This document shows, one piece after another, positions 13,704 to 25,672 of a stretch of 64,000 nt of DNA. The notes under the pieces were generated by a model. That model was not told the origin of the DNA and made no database searches. It worked only from the letters and a program-made list of their open reading frames with translations. Within the stretch, counting starts at the first letter, position 1. Each line of letters opens with the position of its first letter. The position numbers were made by a program, and so were the translations under genes. Where the stretch lies: assembly GCA_964016885.1 (NCBI GenBank), contig OZ024743.1, positions 46,624,001 to 46,688,000 on the forward strand, given 5' to 3'. Origin of the DNA: Eledone cirrhosa. Its lineage: Eukaryota.

Positions 13704-14049
13704 ATGTATGTATGTATGTATGTATGTATGTATGTATGTATGTATGTGTGTACGTACGTACGTACGTACGTATGTATGTATGTGAAGGGTAAACAGAAAT
13801 AACAACACAATCGGTACAGTATATGGAAGGAATATATTAGGTTAACGCTTGAAATAGTAGGAAGAGGGTGTTAACGTTTTGGACGCTAGTATATATTACA
13901 CACACTAGTGTGTGTATACATGTATTATTTTCTTAATGTTAACTTTAAAATTATTAAAGATCAATTATAATTTTTTAGAAGTTATCTGTAAGATCTTATG
14001 AAAGATTTATTTGTATTTTCAAATATTTGCAAAGTTTGTTTCCAGGGTG

Positions 14050-14327
14050 CTCAGGAAGGACAGAGATGAGCATCAAAACTGTCCCCTCACCCTCCCTACA
14101 ATCCAGACCTTGCTCCCTGTGACATTTGGTTGTTCCCCAAGCTGAAGGAGAAACTCAGGAGCAGTTGTTTTGAAGACATTAAGAAGATGAAGGAGGTTCT
14201 GACAATGGGCCTTCACAAAGTGGCTGGAGCACTATAACAGGTGCATTTAAGTCAGAGGATCCTACTTTTTTGAAATAAATAAATGTCTCTCCTGAAGAAG
14301 TCCAAAAACGTTCTGAATGAACCTTAT
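14050..14327 (+). mobile_element. Mariner transposase 3' fragment
   Basis: Encodes PHPPYNPDLAPCDIWLFPKLKEKL and ends in a TIR-like ccaaaaacgttctgaatgaacctta. Confidence 0.75.
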
Positions 14328-14390
14328 AAATATGCACATATATAAACATACAATGTGTGTATATGTGCATGTGTGTGTGGGTGTGGGTGT

Positions 14391-14462
<72 letters not shown>

Positions 14463-14465
<3 letters not shown>

Positions 14466-15480
14466 CAGATAGGTTTCTATTTTCCATGATTAGCAGCAAG
14501 ACTTCAAAAGAAGTTAGAGGTATGATCATCAAATTAAGATTGTACTTCAGTTTGTCTTTATATCTGAGTAATGGTCTGCCTACATTATGTACATCATTAT
14601 TAAGGTGACTGTATATTAGTACCTTGGGTGTGCAGTCCTCAGTCACCTGTAGGACATGACCAGCACAATTGGAATTGCATCAAAAATTACTCAATCCCAC
14701 CAATGTTGCACCCCATGAATAGATCAGCATTGGTGACTGTCAGAAAGTTCATAAGCACACATAGAGTGAAGAAAGTATTTGTGGGAGACATCAAACTTCT
14801 GAATGTGGGTGTGGTAAGGTGTCTATGATGCCAAACCATATAAGAGTACTACTGCATAATAAACTGCAACTTTTGCCTTACTGCAGAAACCACATTGGTT
14901 CTCAGGGAAGACATCATCAAGAATTCTGGATGAAATTCTTTTGAGAATGACATAGGCAGGTTTCCTTATCAACAATACAAAGAAAGGAAATACTGTGAGA
15001 GTTGTTACAGATAGATTTATCTTTGTTTTTGAAGAGAAGGATTATAGCTGCATCTCTGAAGCGCGCGCGCGCACACACACACACGCACGCGCACACACGC
15101 ACACACACACACACACACACACAAAATACTGCAGCAATGTCTTATTTTCAGTTGTTTATTATGAATGTTCAAGTGCCATTTCAATCCTTCGAGTGACTTT
15201 AATTCCATTAATCCATGAGTGCCTAACTCAACTCGCATTGTGTAATCTCTGATCAATGTGAGATATGCCATACTTTTGTGCATAAGAATGAGAATCAATC
15301 CCAATGCTATTGCTATTACTCTCATTTTTACAATCTTTTCTACAGCATGCTTAACTGTCACGCTCAAAATCTTTAACACACCTCTAAATCGTAGCTTGCT
15401 ATGCTTCCCTGTCTGCTGCAAGTGATTCAAGACTTTTGTAATGTAATTTAAGACATTTCAAATTTTATTTTCCCTGGCTT
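14463..15480 (-). mobile_element. Old fragmented RTE (BovB-like) LINE
   Basis: Decayed peptides PKVLIYSHL...VGRPLLRYKDKLKYNL and other RT-like fragments interrupted by (CA)n. Confidence 0.6.
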
Positions 15481-15622
15481 ACTATTTTTTTCACCATAAA
15501 ACATTTGCTATGGATGTTCATCCAAACATATATACATACTAACGCATGCGCACACGGATTGTGTCATAGTGTCATGACAATCATTGCACCGTAGAAATAT
15601 GTATTGTGGCTAATTACATAAT

Positions 15623-15796
15623 TGTTTCTACTTTAGGCACAAGGCCAGTGCATTACTGGTACTTTATTTTATCGACCCCGTAAGGATGAAAGGCAAAGTC
15701 AACCTCAGCTGGATTTGAACTCAGATCGTAAAGGGATGTAACTATGTTGGAAAGCCTGGCGTCCGACCCTCTACCGATACTGCCAATCCACCGCCC
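15623..15796 (-). mobile_element. tRNA-derived SINE with 19-bp TSD
   Basis: Direct repeat ttgtggctaattacataat at 15604-15622 and 15797-15815; same family as 4821-5006. Confidence 0.88.
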
Positions 15797-16910
15797 TTGT
15801 GGCTAATTACATAATAAAAGAAGTTATGGGAATCTAGCCTTTGGATTATATTATCAATGTGTGTGTGTGTGTGTGTGTATACACACATTATTCATATATA
15901 TATATATATATATATAGATACACACACACACACTACACACACTTCACACACACAATAACTCTATGACTGGATGATGTTAAGAAGGACATCCAGCCACAGA
16001 AACCATGCCAAAAATGATACATATGAATGAGATGTAGTCTTCTGGCACATCTAGAAGAGGCAATAACACCAAATATTAATCCAACTCACACTGTGATGAC
16101 CCTTCCAACCCAGCAAGGAAAATAGATGTAATGTGGTGGTGAGATGATATTGAAAATGTTATTGGTGGTAGCAACTGCTACCACCAATGATGAAAATTAC
16201 AGCAATGATGTTGTGATGCCAATTATGGTGATGGGACGTGGTAGCAGTGGTGATGATGATGATGATGATGATGATGATGACGACAATAACAATGACATGA
16301 TCTTAAATTGAATACTAAATTACTGATGGAGACAATCCTCGTTAACAGTGTATTAAATTATTTTTGAATTCTTTATGAAACATATTGTGTTGTCTATTTG
16401 GTTTGTTATATTAGCTTTTGTAAAAAAAACAAAAAAGAAACAAAATAGAATAGAATAGAATTAATTTAGGATATTTATTACAGATTTGTTAACTTTCAGT
16501 GTAAAATTTGTTAACTTTCAGTGTAAAATTTAAAAAATTAAATTAATGCTGTTAGTAATGATTAGTTATGTTGACAGTGCATATTTACAACTACTGATCA
16601 GTCTCAATCAATACAAAATGCCTACACCTATCACAGTGCTTCCCAAAGTACTACTACTCCCTAAAGGCTAAAAAAAGACCCAATAGAAGTGCTGAACGAC
16701 AAGGAGGTAGTAAGGAGCTTTGGAAGGGAATGGAGTACAGAATATAAATTAAGCGCTGCATTAAGTACAGTGATAGTGAGATTTTATTTATTAAAAGATA
16801 TTAAAAAATGATATTACACATTTTTATTATAGCTGTGAAAGTATACCAATGACTTCAGAGCCAAAAGTTTCGCACTTAGGCTCAAAAAAACCCTGAAGCT
16901 ATAACAGTGA

Positions 16911-17119
16911 GTTATATTCATAAAGCATGCAGTTATAGATATATAGAGAATATTCGGTTTGGCTGTGCAGACAGGAGGAATAAAACTCACTACATGAGTA
17001 AAGTAGTGTATATTTTATAAAATATACATCACTCTATCCAAGCATTGAATTTTCTTTCTCCTGATTGCGCAGCCAAACAAAATATTATATATCAATAACA
17101 AGACTTTTATGAAAATAAC
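16911..17119. repeat. Degenerate ~210-bp foldback palindrome (probable old MITE)
   Basis: Perfect centre tgtatatttta|taaaatataca; arms align along their length (e.g. gtttggctgtgca / tgcgcagccaaac). Confidence 0.8.
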
Positions 17120-19498
17120 CATGCCAGAAATAAAGAAGAAATGTTGCTAATACAGTATTGAATAAATTAACATATGATTTTGTTACATCATCTACAAAAA
17201 ACTATTATCAGTGTGCCTGAAGAACTTTCAAGTCACCAATGTTGTCATATATGTTTTCATCTGCATCACTACACTGATATTCATCTGTATCAATATACCG
17301 ATATTTTATTTACATCAATACAGGAAAATTATACGTCGCATACCTTACAAAGTTTCATTGCGGGTTGCCAAATACTAGTAGCAAAGAATTTATCTTACTA
17401 GTTGTTACAGAGAACTATATGTGCCATGTTGCACAAACCAGAGACTGACGTAATAACTCCTCTGAGCATCAATAGACAATATAATGATGAATTGATGAAA
17501 TTGAGAAAGGCACATTATGCAATTTTTTTAGAGCTGTCCAATTTTTGCTACAACTGGATTAGTCAACTATACCAGAGAATGAAGCTTTACTGTTAGCTTA
17601 CATTTGTGGTTTATAAAAGAAGAAAAAAATTGCCAGGCATTTGGTAATAAACAATAAAGGAATGTTAGTATTTCATGTGGAAGAGTGATTTTAAGAAAAT
17701 GAGATTCCTCTAACAAATATGACAGATCCAATTCTTTTGGTGACAGGCTACCACTATGGATTCAATGCACATTGAAAAAGAATCAGTGCTGAATGCATTA
17801 GTGGCTCATTGCATAATTCATTGAAAATAATTTGTCACAAAACTCCTTAGTGATGGCTTGCATCATACATTGCAATATGTGGTTAATTACAGATATTAAC
17901 AAAATCAGAAACAATGCCAAAAATAAAACATATGCACAAGATGTGGTCCCAAGCCTGTTAAAGATGACAGTAAACCCAAATAAGAACTGACCCAGTTTAA
18001 GAAGACTCATCCAACCTATGTTAGCCTGAAGACATGAACATGATAATAATGGGTGGTGATGGTGTTGCTCAAGTGGCTGTGCAGTTAAAACTTTTATAGT
18101 GCAAATGTCAAAGGATTTAAAATCGTTACCACTCAGCAACATTCCTGCTTAGCTGTGCAGATGCAGTCGCTGAATTGGTGCCAGGTATTAAGCTTTGAAA
18201 TGTTGCTGCACAGTAGTTTTAAAACATTGTTGCACAGTAGCTTTGAGTTTGAAATATTTTTGCCCAAAACAATAAATCTTCTGCTCAGTGTTTGAGGAAA
18301 CTATACGTGGATTAGATGATAACTGCTTGATTGTACACTTACTTTACACTTGACTAATTACAAAATAGGAGTGATTAACTATAACAAACACTGCTCTAAT
18401 AATATTCAAGTATACAACTCATTAAAATCACTTCCCTTCTATTAGCACAGAAAATAGGAATTTATGAAAGTAATAATATACTCTTTTGCAAGTTGAAGAC
18501 TTTGATAAACAACAATAAAAATGTTTGGCTTGATTTTTCTTAACCATCTCATTGCCATGTTTAAAATAAAAGACACTTTGATTTCCAAATATTTTGAGAA
18601 TAATCAAGAATTTGAAGGGATTAAATAATATAACTAAATTTTTTTTGTTATTTATTTGGTGTTTGGAATATAACTTAACAAAGGTTCTTATATAAAAGTG
18701 TGCTGGAAAGATTTCAGATGACTGTAAACACTTTAAAACAAACAAATTTGTAAAACCAGGAGTGGTTTCAGGCAATTTGATATCAAAAAGGTTAAAGAAA
18801 GTGGAAATGCTAATATAATGGTTATGCTAAAAAGAGGGATTCCAAAAATATGTATTTTCCATTCAAACTTAGACTAATCTTCAAATTAAATATTAAACAT
18901 TTAGTAAATATTTACATTATATATTTTAACAAAAATATTTTAAAAAGTGATAAAAATAGCTAAACTTTATATGGCTAATGCCACTTCAATTCACCAATCT
19001 TACTACACAAAATTACACTATTTAATTAAATGTCTGACAGGGTAAACAAATGAACAAAACAATAGAAATAAAAATTTTGTTAAATATACTGAATCCCCCT
19101 ATAACTCAAGGATATATATATATTTTTAAAAAAAGATATAAATTTGCACAATAAAATCAAATCAAAGTTTGAATCAATAAAAAAAAATATCAATTACAAA
19201 TTTTAAATGATAAAAATGTGTTTGTGTATCAGTGCATGTGCATGTTTGTGAGAGAAAAACATGTACTCCACATGTTTTTCTTATCTAATCTATATTAACA
19301 GAAAACAAACAAGACTAAGGCACCAGGGTTCTTTCACTACTTCTTTGAATGAACTGTCACACGTACATAACAATTGACTAGACACTAAACTAGAAGCTTT
19401 TGCTTGCAATCACTGCTAATATATAAGTACAATAGACAAGCTGGACACAGTAAAAACATTCTCACAGATATACTGTTGTTACTTATACAGATACAAAT

Positions 19499-19527
<29 letters not shown>

Positions 19528-19531
<4 letters not shown>

Positions 19532-19841
19532 ATAACTAGAAATTGATTAACATATAAATAAACATGAATAATCACAGGAGATAATTTTTACAAGTGTGTA
19601 AGCACACATAGCTAGGTAGGTAACTAAATAAAGTTAATCAGAACTTCAAAAATAGATACCTTATAATATGATTAATCTTTCCTACAGGGAAGATTAATCA
19701 TATTATAAGGTATCTATTTTTGAAGTTCTGATTAACTTTATTTAGTTACCTACCTAGCTATGTGTGCTTACACACTTGTAAAAATTATCTCCTGTGATTA
19801 TTCATGTTTATTTATATGTTAATCAATTTCTAGTTATTATA
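19528..19841. repeat. Perfect inverted repeat, 152-bp arms with a 10-nt spacer
   Basis: 19528-19679 reads as the reverse complement of 19690-19841. Confidence 0.97.
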
Positions 19842-20000
19842 GAATGCTCGGACCTATACGTTAGAATCTTAGAGCTTATTTTGCGGGTGATATGGCGCAT
19901 GTCTTTCTGGCATGACACCCATAATTTTGATTATCTTAATTTTGGATATAGATATATATATATAGATATATATATATATATACATATATATAGATATAGA

Positions 20001-20074
<74 letters not shown>

Positions 20075-20104
20075 CATATATAAACATATATATACATACA
20101 TAAA

Positions 20105-20257
20105 CATGGGCGGAGGTGGTGAGAACAGTCCTCGGATCGCTGAAGCTCATGGTGGAGATGACGAAGGACCGTGACAAGTGGAGAGATGTTGTACTGAATA
20201 ACACTCGTCCCACCCTTGCAAGAAGGGAAAGGCGGACGTAAAATGATGATGATGATG
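20105..20257 (+). mobile_element. RTE subfamily B 3' fragment with (TGA)n tail
   Basis: Closely similar to the reverse complement of 26433-26582; another copy lies at ~62170-62290. Confidence 0.85.
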
Positions 20258-20343
20258 ATATATATACATATATATTATATATATATATATATATAATATA
20301 TATAATATATAATATATATCTATAATATATATAATATATATAT

Positions 20344-20344
<1 letters not shown>

Positions 20345-20378
<34 letters not shown>

Positions 20379-23166
20379 TTAACGTCCATCTTCCACGCTT
20401 GCATGGGTTTGGACGGGAGTATTCCCACTTAAGGCAAGATTTGTTGTCTTGCTCGTATAGGACTGTCTGGCGGGTTTTCTAAGGCTGGATGCCCTTCCTA
20501 ACACCAACCACGTTTACAGTGTGGACTGGGAGGTTTTTACCGTGTTAACTACAGGGCCACATTACAGCGTGGACTGTGTGTTTTTTGTCGTGACACCTAC
20601 ACAACATTTGTTTCGGGCTGGATGTGTGGTACCAACATAACTTTACATTGAAAGGGGTGGTGTGGATGGGGTGGGGGTAGTGGGACGGGAGTGTATTTTG
20701 TTAGCGATGCCTACTGACTGTAGTAGGTTTCGCTTTGTACTTAGGTAAGGCGGGTCTTCTCTATTACTGTGTAGCGCCAAAGATCTCAGTCCAGTGACAT
20801 TGTCTTGGAGAGGTGTAAGTGTGTGAGGTCGGAATTTATCAAGTCGTCCCAGGTTTTTCTGGGTCTGCCTACTCCGTGGCTACCGTCTATTTTTATCGCC
20901 CTGCACTTTTTTATACAGCTATCGACTTTCATGCGCATCACGTGTCCATACCAACGTAACCTTCTCTCGAGTAAACAACATCTGATCCCTCTTATTTCTA
21001 ATTTTTTCCTTAGTTCGTTTATGCTTTGCCGTTCACGTATATTACTGTTACACATCCAGCGGAGCATGCAAGCTTCGCTCCTCTCTAGTCTGCGTATATC
21101 CTCTGCACACAATGCCCAGGTCTCACTGCCATGCAACATTGCTGTTCGTATGCAGGCATCGTACAACCTGCCTTTCATTTTTAGGGAGAACCCTTTAGCA
21201 GCTAATAGTGGTATAAGCTCTCTGAACTTTTTCCAACCAGTTCTGACTCTAGCTACTGTACTTTCAGAGCACCCTCCCCCACTGCTGATTTTATCGCCCA
21301 GGTAACGGAAGCTGTCCACTATTTCTATAGAACCCTCTGCGCAATTGAAAGAGCTAGTATTTTGTGGGCACTTGCTGCTACTTATTGCACCAGAACACCG
21401 GCCACATGTAAAGTCTATGTTCTTAGTTAGCTTACCTGTGATCCCACTACATCTTTTATGCACCCATACTTTGCATTTAGGACATAAAATGGAGTTTCTA
21501 CCTATGCCTTTCCTACATACCGAGCACGACCATTTCCCAGAAGGGACCGCCGCCTTGTTTTCTTTCCTACAAACTAGAACTTTGGTCTTAGCCAGGTTAA
21601 TTTTAAGTCCTTTTGACGCTAGGCCGTGCTTCCATGTTTGGAATTTCTTCTCTAGCTCGGCCATTGATTCCGCTATGAGTGTCAGGTCGTCTGCGTATAG
21701 GAGTTCCCATGGGCAGCCGGTCTTGAACTCCTCTGTTATAGCCTGAAGGGCAATAATAAATAGTAGGGGGCTGAGAACAGAGCCCTGATGGACGCCAACT
21801 TTTACGCTAAACTCTTCACTATATTCGTTGTTAATTCTAACCTTGCTGACTGTTTCTTTATACATGGCTTGTATAGCCCTCACAAGCCATTCGTCAACGC
21901 CTAGTTTTCTAAGAGCCCACCAGATAATGGAGCGGGGGACTCTGTCGAAGGCTTTCTCCAGGTCGACAAAAGCTAAGTAGAGGGGTTTACCTTTAGCTAG
22001 GTACTTCTCCTGTAGTTGTCGTACTATGAAAAGAGCGTCTGTGGTGCTTTTGCCTGACACAAACCCGAACTGCATTTCATCTAGGTCAATTCTCTCTCTG
22101 ATTAGTTGCGCTATTACTTTTTCCGTGACCTTCATGACCTGGTCGATTAATTTAATGCCTCTATAGTTACTCCTATCTAGGGCGTCTCCTTTACCCTTAT
22201 AACAGTTAACGATGATGCTGCTATGCCAGTCCTTCGGAACAACCCCATTCTGTACGACTTGGTTAACTATGCGGGTGACCATGGTGTGTCCCACCGTGCC
22301 AGATGCCTTCAGCATCTCAGCAACTATTTCCGAAGGCCCAGCCGCCTTACCCGTCTTCATATCCTTGATTGCCTTACTTATTATACTCCCCTCGACTAAC
22401 ACTGCTGGTCCCTCTATCGGGTCGATATGGGGGAGACTGTCTTTCTCCCATTTATTCTCCTCATTTAGTAGTCTTTCATAGTGACACTTCCAAGCTACCT
22501 TCTTATCAGTGTCGGTGATGGCAAGTATGCCATCATCGTTAAGTACACACTTCTCCCCGACAATATCACGGTTTTCCTTGACACATTGCCTGGCAATCCT
22601 GAACACCTCACGTTTTTGGTCATCGCGTTGTAGAACATGCTTGAACTTTCTTTCCTCAGCTTCCCTTCTTGCTAAGTACACTTCTCTCCTAGCTTCCCTC
22701 CTGGCCACTTGATAGTCTACTCTACTTCCCCCATCCCGCCATACTTTCCAAGCCTGCTTTTTGGCCTTAATTGACCCCTCCACCCTACTGTTCCACCACC
22801 ATGTTACTCTCCTCCTGCCTACAGGCCTGCTCCAGCCACAGACTTCGTCTGTCGCCAACAGCAGGTTTGCTTTCAGAAATTCCCACTGTCCCTCTATATT
22901 GTCCGATTCTAGATGCTCTTCCTTACTGTCGAAAGCATCAAGTAATATGCTTTGAAATTTATTTCTGGCTGTGGGGTCCTTTAGTTTCCATATTTTCCTC
23001 CTGAGGATAGTCCTCTTCTGCTGTCGAGTACGTCTCGTCCTGACTATGAGGTCGCTAATTATCAGTCTATGTTGGGAGGTGCATTCTTCATGGGGGAGGG
23101 ATTTAGTGTTTACAACAGACACTCTGTCACGTCTTCTGGTAAGGATATAATCTACCTGGCTTGTGT
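20345..23166 (-). mobile_element. 5'-truncated RTE LINE, subfamily A (RT with internal PHD finger, modular 3' UTR, (TGA)n tail)
   Basis: Open frame from SQVDYILTRR through FVDLEKAFD, GVHQGSVLSP, LLYADD, C4HC3 and RRLRWYGHV. It stops at a CGA>TGA change near the C-terminus (other copies read SLDRDLWRY). Both ends lie in (TA)n. Confidence 0.95.
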
Positions 23167-23183
23167 ATATATATATAATATAC

Positions 23184-23230
<47 letters not shown>

Positions 23231-23231
23231 C

Positions 23232-23276
<45 letters not shown>

Positions 23277-23595
23277 TATATATATATATATATATAATAT
23301 ATATATATATAATATATATATATATAATATATATATATAATATATATATATATAATATATATATATATAATATATATATATATAATATATATATATATAT
23401 ATAATATATATATATATAATATATATATATAATATATATATAATATATATATATAATATATATATAATATATATATAATATATATATAATATATATATAT
23501 AATATATATATAATATATATATATAATATATATATATAATATATATATATAATATATATATAATATATATATATAATATATATATACTATATATA

Positions 23596-23626
<31 letters not shown>

Positions 23627-23740
23627 ATATATATATATAATATATATATATAATATATATATTATATATATATATATATATATAATATATATATAATATA
23701 TATATAATATATATATATATATAATATATATATGTATATA
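23167..23740. repeat. Interrupted (TA)n microsatellite
   Basis: TA array punctuated by extra A or T. Confidence 0.97.
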
Positions 23741-25670
23741 TTACTCTTTTACTCTTTTACCTGTTTCAGCCATCCGGCTGAGGCCATGCTGGGGCACCGC
23801 CCTTGTTGCTACACATTTTATCTCCAGCCTGTATAGGTTGGCCACTGGTGTAAGAGGGATTGTGTTGCTGCTGCCCTTAGGTTTCCCTCCTCCACGTCAT
23901 GCAAGTCTCTCAGATGCCTCGGCAGCCTGTTAAAGAGTTGAAGGCCCTTGAATCCCAGGCTATTGCAATACCTGCTCCTTATTCTAGATGTGGAAGACGG
24001 GACCTTTGGCACCACACAGTGACGTCCTGTTCGACGGTTGGTCCAGCTCCCAATGCCAAAGTTTGGTGCTAGTCCCTCCAGGATTTTCCACATGTAGATC
24101 ACTGCGTATCTCTCCCGTCTTCGCTCCAAGGAGTAGAGGTTCACTGCCTTTAGCCTCTCCCAGTAGCTTGTCTCCCTCATCTTGGCAATCCTCTTGGTGT
24201 AGCTTCGCTGGATTGCCTCAAGCTCCGTGGTTAGTTTGACACTATGGGGTGACCACAACTGGGAGCAGTAGTCCAGGCGGCTTAGGACAAAAGTCCTCCA
24301 CAGTGTCAACATGGTGTCTCGATCTCTTGTCCGGAAAGTCCTCAAGATCCAGCCAGCGAGTCGTCTGCATATTGTCGCCACTTTCATGATGTGTGAAGAA
24401 AAAGATGCATCATCGCTCATGTCTATGCCCAGGTCTCGTATCCATTTTGACACGCGGATATCGGTCCCTCCTGGTCCTGTGTAGCTGTGTTCCACTATAT
24501 TTGTGTTTGCAGGTTTGTATTGTAGGGCTTGGAATTTGCCAGCATTAAACTGCATGTTGTTTTCTTCCGCCCATCTGTATATGGCATCCAGATCCTGCTG
24601 TAAAAGGGCAGCGTCAGCTGGGTTTTTGATTGCCTGTGCTACCTTAGTGTCATCAGCATAGCTAGTGAGGGATGTTGTTGCATGCACCACAGAGGGCATG
24701 TCCGAGAGAGCCACCAAAAACAGTAGTGGTCCCAGGACTGTCCCCTGGGGCCCCCCACTTGTTATCGGTGTTTCCCTCGAGAGGGCCCCATTTGCTGCGA
24801 CTGCCTGGCTTCTGTCCCTTAGGAAGCCATGCAGCCACTCACCTACTTTTCCAGTTATGCCGAGTTCGTGTAGTTTGTGACATATCATTCCGTGGTCGAC
24901 CTTGTCAAAGGCCTTCGCAAAGTCAAGATATATCACGTCCACATGTGAGCTGTCTAGTAGTTGTCTCAGTACCCAGTCGTAGTGATGTAGCAGCTGTGTA
25001 AGGCAGCTTCTTCCTGGGCGGAAGCCATGTTGTGTGCTAGTCAGGCGGTCATTTTCTTCGAGGAAAGTGATTAGTTTCTTTCTGACGACTCGCTCCATGA
25101 CCTTGCTGATATGCGACGTCAGGGAAACTGGCCTATAGTTCTTGGCCTCCGCTCTACTACCTCCTTTATCGATAGGGCATATTGTGCCTTCTTTCAGCTC
25201 CCTGGGTAGTACACCGCTAGCCAAGGAGCTTCTGAAGAGCATCTTCAGTGGAGTTGCTAAGGCCTGCTTACATATTTTTAAGAGAACTGCTGGGAATCCA
25301 TCAGGTCCAGCAGCTGAGTCTGTTCTAATTTCATCAATGGCGTACACCACATCCTCCTCCGTTATGTCTATGTGGTTGATGCTTGCCATTTCTTGATGTA
25401 GTGTTGTGGCATCATCAAAGAACTCCTCTGGCTTCGTTATTTGCATGTGCCTCAGTGGACATGTGAACACACATTTGTACTGTTCGTTCAGTATTTCACA
25501 TATCTCTTGGGGGTTTTCGGTTAATGAACCGTCCGTTTAGAAGAGTGGCCCAATCTTGCAGTGTACTGAGGCAGTTTCTTTTGCAAATTTAAAGAAGGCC
25601 TTAGGGTTTGTTTTAATGTTTTCTATGGGCCTGTTCTCTTTCTTTGCCCTCTCATTCTCATGTGAAAGTT
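23741..25670 (-). mobile_element. 5'-truncated CR1-group LINE with (AAAAGAGT)n tail
   Basis: ORF 23818-25470 has AAGPDG, NYRPVSLTS, QHGFRPGRSC, LDFAKAFDKVDH, QGTVLGPLLF and YADD; 3' end ggcggtgccccagcatggcc...gctgaaacaggtaaaagagtaaaagag. Confidence 0.92.
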
Positions 25671-25672
25671 TG

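Noticed and set aside
13855-13890. Possible second hammerhead (minus strand ...ccaaaacgttaacaccc)
   Set aside because: GAAA is altered and there is no CUGANGA or helix II; at most a truncated remnant.
16484-16530. Short tandem duplications (22 bp here; 18 bp at ~5190-5227; 14 bp at ~52634-52662)
   Set aside because: Ordinary slippage duplications with no further structure.
17344-17374. Possible 31-nt poison exon of KMT2C/D (ctactag|TATTTG...TAAG|gtatgc)
   Set aside because: Splice-like signals of this strength arise by chance in a 40-kb intron; it cannot be supported without RNA data.
20805-22955. Long ORFs antisense to the LINE ORFs (also 26475-28772 and 37810-38775) and antisense to the polyQ exon
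   Set aside because: Shadow frames of real coding sequence with no independent motifs.
23167-23233. N-terminal MYIIYIY... extension of the 815-aa ORF
   Set aside because: Read-through into the flanking TA tract; the element is 5'-truncated and lacks its own start and most of the endonuclease.
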